This document shows positions 52,087 through 64,000 of a DNA stretch of 64,000 nucleotides, in pieces. The translations under genes were made by a program, and so were the position numbers. A model generated the notes under the pieces. It worked only from the letters and a program-made list of their open reading frames with translations. It was not told the DNA's origin and made no database searches. Source of the DNA: Basidiobolus meristosporus CBS 931.73 (taxonomy: Eukaryota > Fungi > Basidiobolomycota). The stretch lies in the NCBI GenBank assembly GCA_002104905.1, contig MCFE01000455.1, forward strand, positions 1-64,000, read 5' to 3'. Each line of letters opens with the position of its first letter. The first letter of the stretch is position 1.

Positions 52087-53157
52087 TGTGGTGGTGTATA
52101 AGTCCAAGGGAGAGATACATCCAACACTTCTCAAGTGTTTTGTGTGTGGGGTGTTCACTGGGTGCAATAACCTCTGGCAAAAGCTTGCTAAGAATACTTG
52201 GATTCTGTCTCTAATCTAATATGATGGGGAATAAAGCCACAAGCTTGTCAAGGGAAAACTCTTGAGCTACAATCCCCAACTTAGTTGGCGTCTTAACAAA
52301 AGTATGTGCTGGGTTCAGCGTCCTTTGAGATGACAATGTACTAAAGCTTCCAAAGTCAAAACAACTGTAAACTCCACCAGCAGGGACTTGATAAGAATGC
52401 AGCTGTGGTCAATAGTTACAAAGACAGAAAAGTATCTTTGCCTGTACAAGAACAAACTTGGGAAAGAATCAAATATAGTAAAAGATACCTACTCTGAGTA
52501 TTCCTCACAAGTAGTGCCTCCAAGGTCAGTTGGCTGTCAGCGTGGTTTCCTGGGAGTGTCCTGTGGTCTGGGGTTGGAAGTTCATGTAGCAGCAGGTAGC
52601 AGTGATCACACTAATCAACAAGTTGGTATATTGATAAAAGGGATGATGATTTATTGTAGAGGGATAGCCTCCCTTATATACTTTTCTCACTGGCTAAGTG
52701 ATTACTAATCATGGTGTTCCAGAAGGTTCCAGACATCAATAGAAATCTTAATGACATCAGAATGACCTAAGAATGTTCTAAGTAGGTGCCGGAAGGTTCT
52801 AAGAGGCACAGCACATCCAACCAATCAGGAATCAGTATTCTGAAACCTGCGTAACATGTGGATACTATATATGGTATGGAAATGCTAGGGATGGTGGCAC
52901 AGGTTGATCATATGTCACAGGTACTGGCGTGGTTACTTGCCTAATATAGAAGCACTTATAGCTAGTAATCTTACATAAGGTGAGGGGTAACTTATCCAAT
53001 AAGGTAAGCAGGTGTGATAGTCAACTGGCTTATGGGATAGTACTGATTGGGTAAGACAAATGGGATAAAACTAAAATAAATGTAGTAGAGATATAGGGAA
53101 GTAGAAAATGAGGGAATGAGCACATCCGTTAGTGGGTGTCACTGTCACCCCACTACA
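52087..53157 (-). repeat. Solo LTR family B (1071 bp)
   Basis: TGTGGTG...CACTACA with a 4-bp TSD CCGC; interrupts PHIS ORF2 at the YRPR codons. Confidence 0.85.
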
Positions 53158-54626
53158 CCGCTAGCAACATTGTCCAGATTGCGCCAGCATGCCTTGCTGG
53201 ATTCCCTACCATCTCTTGCAACCACAGCATGCCGGTGCATGTCGGTCCAGACCACGCCAACACCCTTTACCAGAATGCCCCACATGAAGTCAACGTGCAT
53301 TGAGTCAACATGCGTTTGGTCAACGCGTATGCTTCAGAGCAAAACTACAAGAACTTGCCAAACTGCTCATTTGGACACAAGTCCATTGGAGCGGACCAAG
53401 TTGCGTCAACATGCAGCATCACATCAAACTCAGCCAAAGGCCATCTCAACACGTCAAGGCATGCCTGCACGTGCCATTTCACCTGACCATCAGCATGTTA
53501 CTTCTGGTGAACTTACTGATGATGGCCAACATGAAGTGCCTCAACCACCGGAGCCCTTAGCAAGTAAAAGAATGCATCAGCATGTGGCACTACAGGCTGG
53601 TTCAGTTGGTTCAGTTGCAGCAATTTAGCATGGCCAAGCTGCAGCATAGCACTCATCAACTAGGAGGCAAAATACTGACTACAAATACACAAGTAGCCAA
53701 GATGATAGTCAGCCAGGAAGTAGTATAGATGTGCAAAGTGAGTTACTACCAAATGCTTCAGTAGTAATCCCTGTGAGAAAAAAACCCAGGAGAAGATGAT
53801 GCAATCGCTTTGAATTACTCACATTTGTAATGATCCCAACAACCCTTTTTTTTGCAATCCAAATCAAGCCATTGCAAATCATTAGACTTGTTCCATTGTA
53901 CCATGCCAGGGCGTGCAGCGCGATCCGCGGTTGCAAAGAACAATTGGGCGCGATATCATAGCTACCAGAAGGCAGGATTGTTCTTGGACAATTTTGCACC
54001 ATGTGGGACGATCTTGCACTCTATGGCACAATCTGACACGATGAGGTTGGCACAGATGATTGCGCCAACTCGTAATGTTTGCATCACGTGCGCGATCGGA
54101 TACCGCTTTAATGGCAGGTAAAATCCGGTATTTGGATATGTTTCTTTAATGTAAATGGAAATAAATGTGCATCACACTATAAACTACACTGATACTTACC
54201 ATTTTGGTTACCCTCACTCCAATTGGACGGTATCTCAGTGGTTAATTGGTCCAAAAGTATCCTGAAGCTGGCAGCCCCCAATTGGCTCATTGACTACTGA
54301 AAAAGCTACCTAATTTGCCATCAAATATCCCATTTTGCCCATTGAGCAAGTAAATCCCTGATCCTAGTGATTGGGCTAGGTGTCATAGCTAGCACGCAAG
54401 CGATCATGTAGGTGCAAAACAGATCCAATTGCTGCACTGGTATTACAGATGACGTATATATATGCAGGGTGTTTATTTATAGGGGTTCTGTCTCATATGT
54501 GAGACGACCTTGATATTACTTATATCAAAAATTTGATGATCACTGATTTGCAATGGCTCAATTTGGATTGCCAAAAAAAAGGGTTGTCAGGATCATTACA
54601 AATGTGAGCGATTCAAAGCGATTGCA

Positions 54627-55856
54627 TCATCTTCTGGGTTTTTTTCTCACAGGGATTACTACTGAAGCATTTGGTAGTGACTCACTTTGCACACCTATAC
54701 TACTTCCTGGCTGACTATCATCTTGGCTACTTGTGTATTTGTAGTCAGTATTTTGCCTCCTAGTTGATGAGTGCAATGCTGCAGCTTGGCCACGCTGAAT
54801 TGCTCCGACTGAACCAACTGAACCGGCCTGTAGTGCCACGCGCTGACGCGTTCTTTTACTTGCCAAGGGCTCTGGTGGTTGAGGCACTTCATGTTGGTCA
54901 TCATCAGTCAGTTCACCAGAAGTAACTCGCTGATGGTCGGGCAAAATGGCACGCACAGGCGCGCCTTGACACGTTGAGATGGCCCTTGGCTGAGTTTGAT
55001 GCGATGCCACATGTTGACGCAACTTGGTCCGCTCCAATGGACTTGTGTCTAAATGAGCAGTTTGGCAAGTTCTCGTAGTTTTGCTCTGAAGCGTGTGCGT
55101 TGACTTGACGCGGGGCGTTCTGGTAAAGGGTGTTGGCGTGGTCTGGACTGACGTGCGCCGGCACGCTGTGGTTGCAAGTGATGGTAGGGAATCCAGCGAG
55201 GCATGCTGGCGCAATCTGGACGATGTTGCTTGCGGTCTGTATTCTTCCTCCTGAAGCTCACCATCTGATTCCTCAAGGTATTCACTTACCCTCTGTCTGA
55301 TACTTTGGAGCTGTTGCCTGGATGAGTCCTGTGTATATTGCTCTTGGAAGCCACTTAGCTCTACTAATATATCCCGTAGTACATTAGTCATTTGAGGCAG
55401 AAACTCATTCAAAATCTCTTTGGTTCCCAAAGTTGAGGAACAAACAGACGCGTCCGGCCCATACTGTGCAAATTGCGCTCAAAATTGTTCCCGCGCGGCT
55501 TCTTCGTCAAATCCCCTCACTCTCAGCTCATTCTTGATTTCAATACTTGTCTTGTTATATATCTTTTTACATACATCGGCTGGCATCTTGATGTAGAACT
55601 CATGCCACAGCTTTCTACTCAAATTCTTCCATCTTTGTCAACTCTCTGAGGTATCTAGTTCTGCTAGATTAATCAGTAGTGCCCAAATATCTGTATGAAG
55701 GCTCATCATAGACACTTGGGCCATACTAAAATCATTTGGCAAGAACTCAAATGGATCTGACATTGACTTTTCCGGTCCGGACTGCGCTTGTGAGCTGGGG
55801 GATGGGTTTTGTCTGGGTTGTATTAAAGATGAGTTGAGGCTTGGTATGGGGACCAT
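54627..55856 (-). pseudogene. PHIS ORF2 with a TGA at 55638-55640 and a 3-bp-shorter tail
   Basis: ORFs 55638-55856 and 54627-55430 match the 410-aa ORF at 9748-10980. Confidence 0.8.
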
Positions 55857-56215
55857 AGCAACAGATTTGGATACTTATACAGCACTATATTGGCATCAAC
55901 CTGGTCTTATATGAAATATATATGAAAACTAATGTGATTGTTGAATTTTCCATATATTATGCATGATGCATCTTGGATTGCGTTGACACGGATCAGATCA
56001 CATCAATTACAGATTTCCTATTTGATTATAGACCTATGATTAAAGCATCAATAAAAGTACCAAGGCATTGTTTGCGGATGATTTTTGCAACATAATGATG
56101 GGATACATGGCAATTGATGGAGATTTAACCGTAATGTGTTAAAAATCAGATAAATAACGCAGATTGCGCCAAATTGATTCAAACCACCTTCATACAATCA
56201 TCCATCAATTTTAAT

Positions 56216-57100
56216 ATGACTTACTCATCTGAATGGTCTTTTCTCATCAATCCCATCACTACCACTGGATTTCCTTTTGACACACTGGAGGAGATCTATA
56301 CCAAGTACTGTGGACCATCAACCCCAATCTACTCAAGGAGATCCCTTGTTAAGCTTCTCTGCTATTACAAGAACTATTGCCCTACAAGGTTTCATCCCAC
56401 CATCCATGGCAACAAAAGTCCTAGAAGCTTTCATTCCCAGCTGACAGCAATGGAGAACCACCTTGCAGAGGGTATGAATGACTTAGAGCAAGCTTGAAAT
56501 ACTAGGTTCAGAAGCTCCAATAGACTTCCATATCCCAGAGTGTTCAGCAACAGGTTCCATATCAGGAGTATTTTGGATACCTTCCCAGTGAGGATTAACA
56601 GACCTTCTAGAGGGCAGAGGAACTTTTATTCTGGTAAGTACAAGGCACACTGTGTGAAGTTTCAAGCACTGTCTGACATTGAGGGTAACATCATCTGGTT
56701 TAGTGGGCCATTTGCTGGAAGTAGGCATGACAAAGCACTCTGGGTAGAGAATCATCCTGAATTCAGTAGAGGGGAGAAATGTATGGCAGACTTAGCCTAT
56801 ATAGGAGAGGATTGTCAGAGATTAGGATGTATTACAGCTTATAGGAAGCCAAGGAATGGTGTGCTTAGCAGGAAGCAGAAGCTCTACAATGAGATATTTA
56901 ATCATTTCAGAGTGAGGGTAGAGCACACATTTGGATATCTGAAGAGATTCAGCATATTGGCAGGTAAATACAGAGGAAAGTCATATATAGGTGAAAACAG
57001 CAGGATAGGTAAAATAGTTAAGATACTTATTAATGCACAGTATGTTCATACAAGAAGACATCCACTGAGAGAAATGTGTCTGGAGCATTATGAAGAGTAA
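56216..57100 (+). pseudogene. PHIS transposase, 294 codons, one nonsense change (TGG>TGA at 56495-56497)
   Basis: Otherwise in frame from MTYSSEW to LEHYEE; DDE_Tnp_4 motifs intact. Confidence 0.93.
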
Positions 57101-60033
57101 ATAAAGCAAGGAAAGCACTATTCTGAGCAACATAAGTAAGATTGAGTAAAATTACCAGTAACTGTATCATACCACTGGCATCATGGTAGAAACTATAGTG
57201 CCAGATAGTGCCGTAGAGTGCCAGATTGATCCGGCACTATAAACAGGCTGGCACTATGTGGCACTATCCAACGGAACAAGTCTAGTGATCATCAAATTTT
57301 TGATATAAGTAATATCAAGGTCGTCTCACATTTGAGACAGAACCCCTATAAATAAACACCCTGCATATAAATATGTCATCTGTAATACCAGTGCAGCTAT
57401 TGGATCTGTTTTGCACCCATACAATTGCTTGCGTGCTAGCTATGACACCTTGTCCAATCACTAGGATCAGGGATTTACTTGCTCAATGGGCAAAATGAGA
57501 TATTTGATGGCAAATCAGGTAGCTTTTTCAGTAGTCAATGAGCCAATTGGGGGCTGCCAGCTTCAGGATACTTTTGGACCAATTAACCACTGAGATACCG
57601 TCCAATTGGAGTGAGGGTAACCAAAATGGTAAGTATCAGTGTAGTTTATAGTGTGATACACATTTATTTCCATTTACATTAAAGAAACATATCCAAATAT
57701 TGGATTTACCTGCCATAATAGAGGTATCCAATTGCGCACATGATGCAAACATTACAAGTTGGCGCGATCATCCGTGCCAACCTCATTGTGTCAGATTGTG
57801 CCATAGTGTGCAAGATTGTTCTGCATAGTGCAAAATCATCCAAGAACAATCCTGCCTTCTGGTAGCTATAATATCACGCTCAATTGTTCTTTACAACTGT
57901 GGATTGTGCTGCGCACCCTGGCACAGTACAATGGAACAAGTCTATTTGCTATGGGGAGTATGGCACAATAGTCACATGCATTATTCTTAGATTTCAGCAG
58001 AAGTGGATGAAAAGTTTTGAGGTATATTATCCACCATTGTCAGAGTGTATTTTCTTGTTTTTTTGCCAGTTTCTCTCCACCATGGCTTTAAGCTCCCTGA
58101 GCTTGGGCAGTGCTTCTCTGGCTCTCTCCATGTAGTAGGTCCATGTGTATCTTGAATAATCATCAATATATGTGATCAAGTACTTCATCCTGCCTAAGGA
58201 AAACCTTTGCTATAGGTCCACACATATCTGAGTGAATGAAATCTAGTTTTTCTTAGTTTTGATTAGCCCAGATCTCTTACACAGTATTATGGCTTGTTTC
58301 CCATGAACATAGGCTTTACAGTGCTACATATTAGCTGGCGGATCAGTCTTTACTCTGGAAATTAGCTGATCTTTGATCATGTTGCACAAGTATTCAAAAT
58401 TGACAAGTCCAAATCTCCTGTGCCAAAGCATTGGAGTTTCTTCATTCAAATACTTATATTGGCTTCCAGATATATTGGAGCATAAGTCAACTTGCACAGA
58501 TTTGGATCTCTGATACCCAAAGCAATATGGGCACCATTTTGATCAGTGATCCTGCATCCAGAATTGTCAAAGTGGACACTGAGTCCTTCTGCAGTGACCC
58601 TGCTTACAGATAGTATGTTCTTGGCTATTTCTGGTCCATAGAGCACTTTTGTATAGGTAAGTGTGTGGCTTCCTTCACTGTTTCTAAGATTCTCTTTGAT
58701 GGTTCCTCTTCCACTGCATTGAGTGTTCTGTTGTCACCCATGAAAACCATCTTAATTGGAATTTCTTGATATTGGCTAAAGAGTTTTTTTGGTATGTAAA
58801 GTGTTAAGATGCTCCAGAGTCAATATAACAAACCTCAGAATCCTTGTTTGTGCTCATATTTAGTGCTGCTATGAGTAGTTTAACTTCAATTGTTGCAGCA
58901 TTTCCATACAAAGACTTTTTCTGTTGACCATCTCTCCTCTTGAGCCACCAATTCAATTGATTCCATTCCTTTTGTAGTAGCTGAAAAACAGGTTACTATT
59001 GCCTTCAAAAGGTCTTGAGTACCTCCTTTGCAGGTTATCATTACTTATTATACCATTTTCTTCTCTCTTCTTATTGATCTTTAAATTTCTTAATTCTTTA
59101 TCCAGGAGGCTTCCATAAGTGTAAGGCCAAATCATCAGTTCTAGACTCTAGGGCAGATACAAGGCTCTGAGACTTGTCTGTCAGGCTCTTCAGGATGGTA
59201 ATTAGAACATCCTCATCAGCAATTGGTACACCTAAATATTCCATCTCATTTACCAGCAAGGCAATATTATTTATTAGATTTGTCATATATTCTCCTGGTG
59301 GCATCTTTGTACTAAAGGATTTTTGCCTAAGATACATTTTCTTAGCAGCTGAACATGACTGATATGTGCCTTCTAATGCCTTCCAGGCATTTTTTGCAGT
59401 TTTTGCTCTTGATCATCAAATAAACAACTTGCATTTGACATTAAGGCAAATGCACTCAAAGGCACTTTGTGCTTTTTTCTGCTACTTTAAAGCTTCCTCT
59501 CCCACATTTCTAGGAGGGCATTCTTCTCCCATGACAATTTGCCAAAGGTCTCTTCCTGATAGGAGCATCTGTATCTTCACCTTCCACACTTGATGGTTAG
59601 TGCCATCCAACTTTTCAGCAGAGGGAAAAGTTCCAGTAATAGCCATAGTAGACATTGCAGAGAGTGAAAGCTTAGAGCTCAAAACCTGTTGCAAGAGTCT
59701 TGCAGATACTAAAAGTGGTTGGGAGAGCAAGTAGATTATGTGCTTTTCACCTGATAACTTATTGAATGTAAAAGTAGTATTTATGGTTTCACATGGTCTT
59801 GGCATATAGAGCATCTAGAATAGATTTAGAAAGATCCCAAGAAAATCTGTCTAAAGCTTAGGGCTGTTTGAGCCACTTTGAGTATTCTCATGTTCTGGGT
59901 ATCAGATGTTTTGGTAAGAATATTCAAGATGAATCCCGACAAGTAATATGGTCAGTATACTCCATAATTAGTATGTAGTAATCTAAGTGACTAAGCTAGA
60001 TGAATATTTAAGTGGAACTACAAATTTACAACA

Positions 60034-60912
60034 GAAACTCCTCACATATAATTTGGTCATTAGTTGGGGAATATTGTTGAAGAGTAAATGCATTGCCCCC
60101 CATGGAAGCTTTTGCTTCAATGGATTCCCTCAATCTTTAATAACTTTGATTCATGATTAATTCCATGTAATGGCCAATGGCTTATAGCCACCAGCTTTAC
60201 TGTAAGTGCATGCTGACCTCTGGTCATCTCTTTATGGGAAGATAATGTCCTTAGTATTGGTGTTTGGATAATGATAATGTGTGTGAGCTATGGAGTAGGC
60301 CCCCTGGGTCTCACACATTTGATAGCAATGCTATCCATTGTGTCCAGAAAAGCCAGCTCTCTTGTTGATGACTAGGTTATCTCCAATGCAGAAAATAATA
60401 TGTTCTCTAACATGGCAGTCACAGAAAAAGGGTGTTACAGCAAGAACACTTATTGAATGGCGGATTGTGATGGAGTTACTTGTAGAGTGTAGGGTTGGGC
60501 TTAGTGCTATTGCTTGGTACAGCAACTTGGGTAGGTCAGTACAATTGGCAATTGCATTGCAACTAAAAATTGAATAGAAATCAATCAACTTGTATGCATG
60601 AGAAGTAAGAGAGCTGTTTGAGTCAGTAAGTAAGGAGTGAGAAACAGGTGGCAATAGCCAATCAATGTATACAGATGTAGGAGGTGATGCAGTGTCTGGG
60701 ATCAGAAAGCAAGGGAGTTTGCTGAGAACAATCAGAGTCACTTACATATTGTTGTGATCAGAAGTTTTGACTGGGTTTTTTGTGAAATCTGGGGTGCAAT
60801 TATTTTTTTACGGTCTTTACATGGTGGCCTAATGGGATCAATACCTTTTAGTCATAGGATCCTAATTTTGTAACATCCTTTTGATGGGAACCTCACAACT
60901 ATCTCTCTAAGA
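60034..60912. mobile_element. Internally deleted old CACTA derivative
   Basis: Transposase remnant (IGDNLVINKRAGFSGHNG) fused near 60420 to the ORF2 tail and a degenerate right end. Confidence 0.65.
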
Positions 60913-61111
60913 GCTGATCCAGAAGTCCTGACATCTGCTGTCTATTGAGCTGAAAGAAAAATGTGCAAGAATTGACCAAATGGCTTTTGTGGATTCCAAA
61001 GATGCTGAAAAGATCACTTGGCTTTGCAAATCAAGCTCAAGGTTGAAAATAGCTATTGGGGGAACATGAACAATCTAAGCCCTTTTTAGATGAGTTTTAC
61101 AACTATAAAGT

Positions 61112-61458
61112 TGTTGTAAGAGTCTTGGAGATATTAGAAATGTTTGGGAGAACAAGTAGATTATGTGGTTTCACTTAATGAGCTATTGAATGTAAAGGTA
61201 GTATTTATACTTTTACATGGTCTTGGCATTACAAACACATAGAATAGGTTAAGGAAGGTCCCAAGAACATGTGTGCAAAGTTTGGGGCTGTTTGGACAAC
61301 TTATCTAACTCTCATGTACTGGGTACCTGGTATTTTGGTGAAAATATTTCAAGTAAATCCCAACAATGAATTTGATCAGTATTCTCTAGGATTTGAAGGT
61401 AATGATCTAAGTGACTAAGCTAGGTGAATATATAGGTGGAATCACAAATTTTACAACC
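61112..61458 (-). repeat. Solo LTR of Copia A
   Basis: TGTTGTAAGAG...TTTTACAACC with TSD AAAGT (61107-61111, 61459-61463). Confidence 0.9.
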
Positions 61459-61714
61459 AAAGTGGTAATCTCTGTTCTATCAGTATATTCCAATTATACA
61501 AAATCAGCTGTATCCATCTAAATCAGTAGATTTGCATTCAGAGTAGCTACCAAGCATCATATGATCCAAAGAAAGTCATTGATGCTAAAAGAAGACAAAG
61601 ATGACCATTCTGGATCAGTTTTGTAGATTTTAATAACTAAACAGACATTGTTCATGTGGGGGTAGGTCAACACTGTTCAGAGCAGAGTGAAAACCTTTTT
61701 GGCTATGTTGTTTG

Positions 61715-64000
61715 TGTTGTAAGAGTCTTGGAGATATTGGAAGTGATTTGGAGAACAAGTAGATTATGGGGTTTTCACTTAATGATTTATTGAATGTAAA
61801 AGTAGTATTTATACTTTTACATGGTCTTGGCATTACAAACACGTAGAATAGGTTAAGGAAGGTCCCAAGAACATGTGTGCAAAGTTTGGGGCTGTTTGGA
61901 CAACTTTGAGAATTTTCATGTTCTGGGTACCTGGTATTTTGGTGAAAATATTCTAAGTAAATCCCGACAAGGAATTTGGTCAGTATTCTCTAGGATTTGA
62001 AGGTGATGATCTAAGTGACTAAGTTAGGTGAATATTTAGGTGGAAAATACGATTTTTTACAACACTCCCACTCAGCTAAATGTTCATACTGACTAGTCCT
62101 AATTTTGACCTAAAATATTCAAACTTGTCTCTAGCTAATGGTTTGGTAAATATGTCTGCAATCATTTCATCTGTAGGACAGTAAACTAAGCTAACTAAGT
62201 TATTCTCTATAGCTTCACGTATGAAATGATGTCTAATATCTATGTGCTTGGTTCTAGCATGAAAAGTTGGATTTCTACCTAATTGTATACATCCTTGATT
62301 ATCTTGAAATAAAGTAATAGGCGTTTTTTGACATAGGCCTAAATCTGTAAAGAGCTTTCTTAACCACATTGCTTCTTTTGTAGCTTCACAGGCTGCCATA
62401 TACTCTGCCTCTGTAGTAGAAAGTGCTACGGTTGGTTGCTTTCTTGAATTCCATGAAATGGCTCCTTTACAGTAAAGAAAGGTGTATCCTGTGGTGGATC
62501 TTCTGTCTTCTAAATTTCGTCCCCAATCAGCATCAGAGTATCCCACAAGATCCTGTTCTGAATCCTTATAAGTGTATCTTAAGCAGATATCAGCAGTTCC
62601 TTTTAGGTATCTAAAAATCCGCTTAACTGCTGCAATATGATCAGATCCATAGTTCTGATTATGTTGGCTGACAACTCCCACTGAATATGAGATATCTGGA
62701 CGTGTTCCAAGCATGATATACATCAGACTGCCGACCATAGATTGATAAGGAAAGTCAGGGCTTTCAGATGGCACCAAGCTCTCTTGATTTGGTTGAGTTT
62801 TGACCAAGTTAAGGTTTGTCTCCATTGGGGTAGCTGCCGGTTTACAGTCTTCCATTTGGTACTTCTTTAGTATATCTTGAATATACTTGGATTGGCTTAG
62901 GGTAATAGTCTGGGTACTTCTGTCTATGGAGAACTTAATCCCTAAGTAGTAACTAAGTTCTCCTAGATCGGACATCTTGAACTCCTTAGATAGGCTGGAT
63001 TTAGTCTATTCCAATGTTTCTAGGTTATTGGCGGCTATAATAAGATCATCCACATATAGAGCTAATAGAACTGGATTTGCTCTATCTGGCTTATAGTATA
63101 TACTATAGTCAGCATTACTCCTTTTGAAACTCAAAGATTCCAAATAAGAATCTATCTTGCAATTCCAGGCTCTCGGTGATTGTTTGAGACCATATAGTGA
63201 CTTTTTAAGCTTGCAGACCAAATGGGGGTTATCTTGGTCAACAAACCCATCAGGCTGGTCCATATACACGTCCTCATCAAGTTCTCCATTCAAAAATGCA
63301 GTTTTTACATCCATTTGATGAATAAAAAACTTATATTTGGCTGCAATAGCCAATATTAATCTGATGGAATTAAACTTGGCTACCGGTGCAAAGGTCTCAG
63401 TATAGTCAAGTCCTTTTGTTTGAGAGTATCCTTTGGCTACAAGTCTTGCTTTGTATCTTTCAATTGTACCATCAGCCTTGTATTTTGTCTTGAAGACCCA
63501 TCTGCATCCAATTGATTTTCGGTTGATTGGTAATTTGACTAAGTCCCAAGTTTGATTTTCCATCAGTGCCTGATATTCCTCAGTCATTGCAGATCTCCAA
63601 AACTTCGTCTGAGGGCTATTTAGGGCCTCTTTTACAGTCTGGGGTTCATCAATATGGCTGAATAAGCATAGGCTAAGTTTGTACCCTCATTGATATAGTA
63701 ATTTGGGCTATTTCTTGTCCAATTGGATCTCCGGGCATTTGATACTGGAATGATCACTTCTGGGATATTCCTGGGCACTGATTCTGGCTGAACCACGGTT
63801 GTAGAGTCCTCTGGAGTGAAAAAATTTTCATTGTTTTGCTCTGATTCAATCCTGACAATTGGTGGACTTGAGATCAAATTTTCGTCATCATCTGATGTCA
63901 TTTTTTGTGAAAATTTTGAATTTTCATCAAACAACACATCCCTGGACTTGATAAGCTTCTTTGCTTTGGTATTGTAGAGTCTGTATGCCTTACTCTCATT
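61715..64000 (-). mobile_element. Young Copia A element (3' LTR 61715-62064, RNaseH, RT, linker), extending past the window end
   Basis: PPT, RT1 motifs (YKARLVAKGY, QMDVKTAFLNG, LYVDDL) and RNaseH (YSDADWG, KHIDIRHH). Confidence 0.95.
62076..63937 (-). pseudogene. pol: Copia A RT/RNaseH with one in-frame TAG (63006-63008) and a 1-bp deletion near 63655
   Basis: ORFs 62076-62975, 63006-63587 and 63632-63937; lesions located by comparison with the 48780 and 49420 copies. Confidence 0.9.

Larger units (their letters stand above)
53884..57283 (+). mobile_element. Young full-length PHIS copy, 3400 bp
   Basis: TIRs AGACTTGTTCC/GGAACAAGTCT; flanks ATT/AGT (host consensus AGT); highly similar to 9005-12405. 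Confidence 0.95.
50046..57943 (-). mobile_element. Older full-length PHIS copy hosting two nested insertions
   Basis: AGACTTGTTCTGTTGG at 50046 and GGAACAAGTCT ending 57943; TSD ATT (50043-50045, 57944-57946); transposase about 50219-51100 (-); ORF2 51462-53800 (+). Confidence 0.92.
48598..60033 (-). mobile_element. Copia A element (5' LTR 59687-60033, gag, integrase, RT), split by the PHIS nest at 50046-57943
   Basis: PBS GGTTTTGAGCTC; gag LDGTNHQVWKVKIQMLL; GAG-pre-integrase; the integrase TIVPYSP..|..NRSINDMTRS rejoins across TSD ATT; RT LYGLKQSPRAWN; truncated at the CACTA end at 48597. Confidence 0.88.

Noticed and set aside
53884-57943. Composite transposon with ~660-bp terminal inverted repeats and an ATT...ATT TSD
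   Set aside because: The host PHIS sequence rejoins exactly across 53880/57287 (consensus ...GCAAATC AGT GATCATC), and the ATT at 57944 pairs with 50043-50045. The ATT at 53881 is best read as a mutated AGT.

Overview
Eukaryotic, probably fungal (inferred from Ylt1-like Ty3 and fungal-type tnp2 CACTA sequences), nested transposon cluster with no recognisable host gene in 64 kb. Families seen: (1) a PIF/Harbinger-ISL2EU-Spy (PHIS) DNA transposon with AGACTTGTTCC TIRs, 3-bp A-N-T-like TSDs (Pangu-like), a compact ~294-aa DDE_Tnp_4 transposase and a divergent Myb/SANT-like ORF. It has two young ~3.4-kb copies, several older copies and two derived MITE families, one a 734-bp foldback. (2) A CACTA/EnSpm (tnp2) element with CCCTAT termini and a divergent ~690-aa unknown ORF. 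(3) Copia family A with many solo LTRs, and a degenerate Copia family B. (4) A near-complete Ty3/Gypsy plus older copies. (5) A Ylt1-like Ty3 relic and long solo LTRs with 4-bp TSDs. TSDs allow most of the nesting order to be reconstructed. The most striking observations: the PHIS transposase ORF is completely CpG-free while its partner ORF is CpG-dense, and the same nested architecture (old inverted PHIS copy containing a solo LTR-B and a young PHIS copy) arose independently twice. All calls are by eye; no database search was run.
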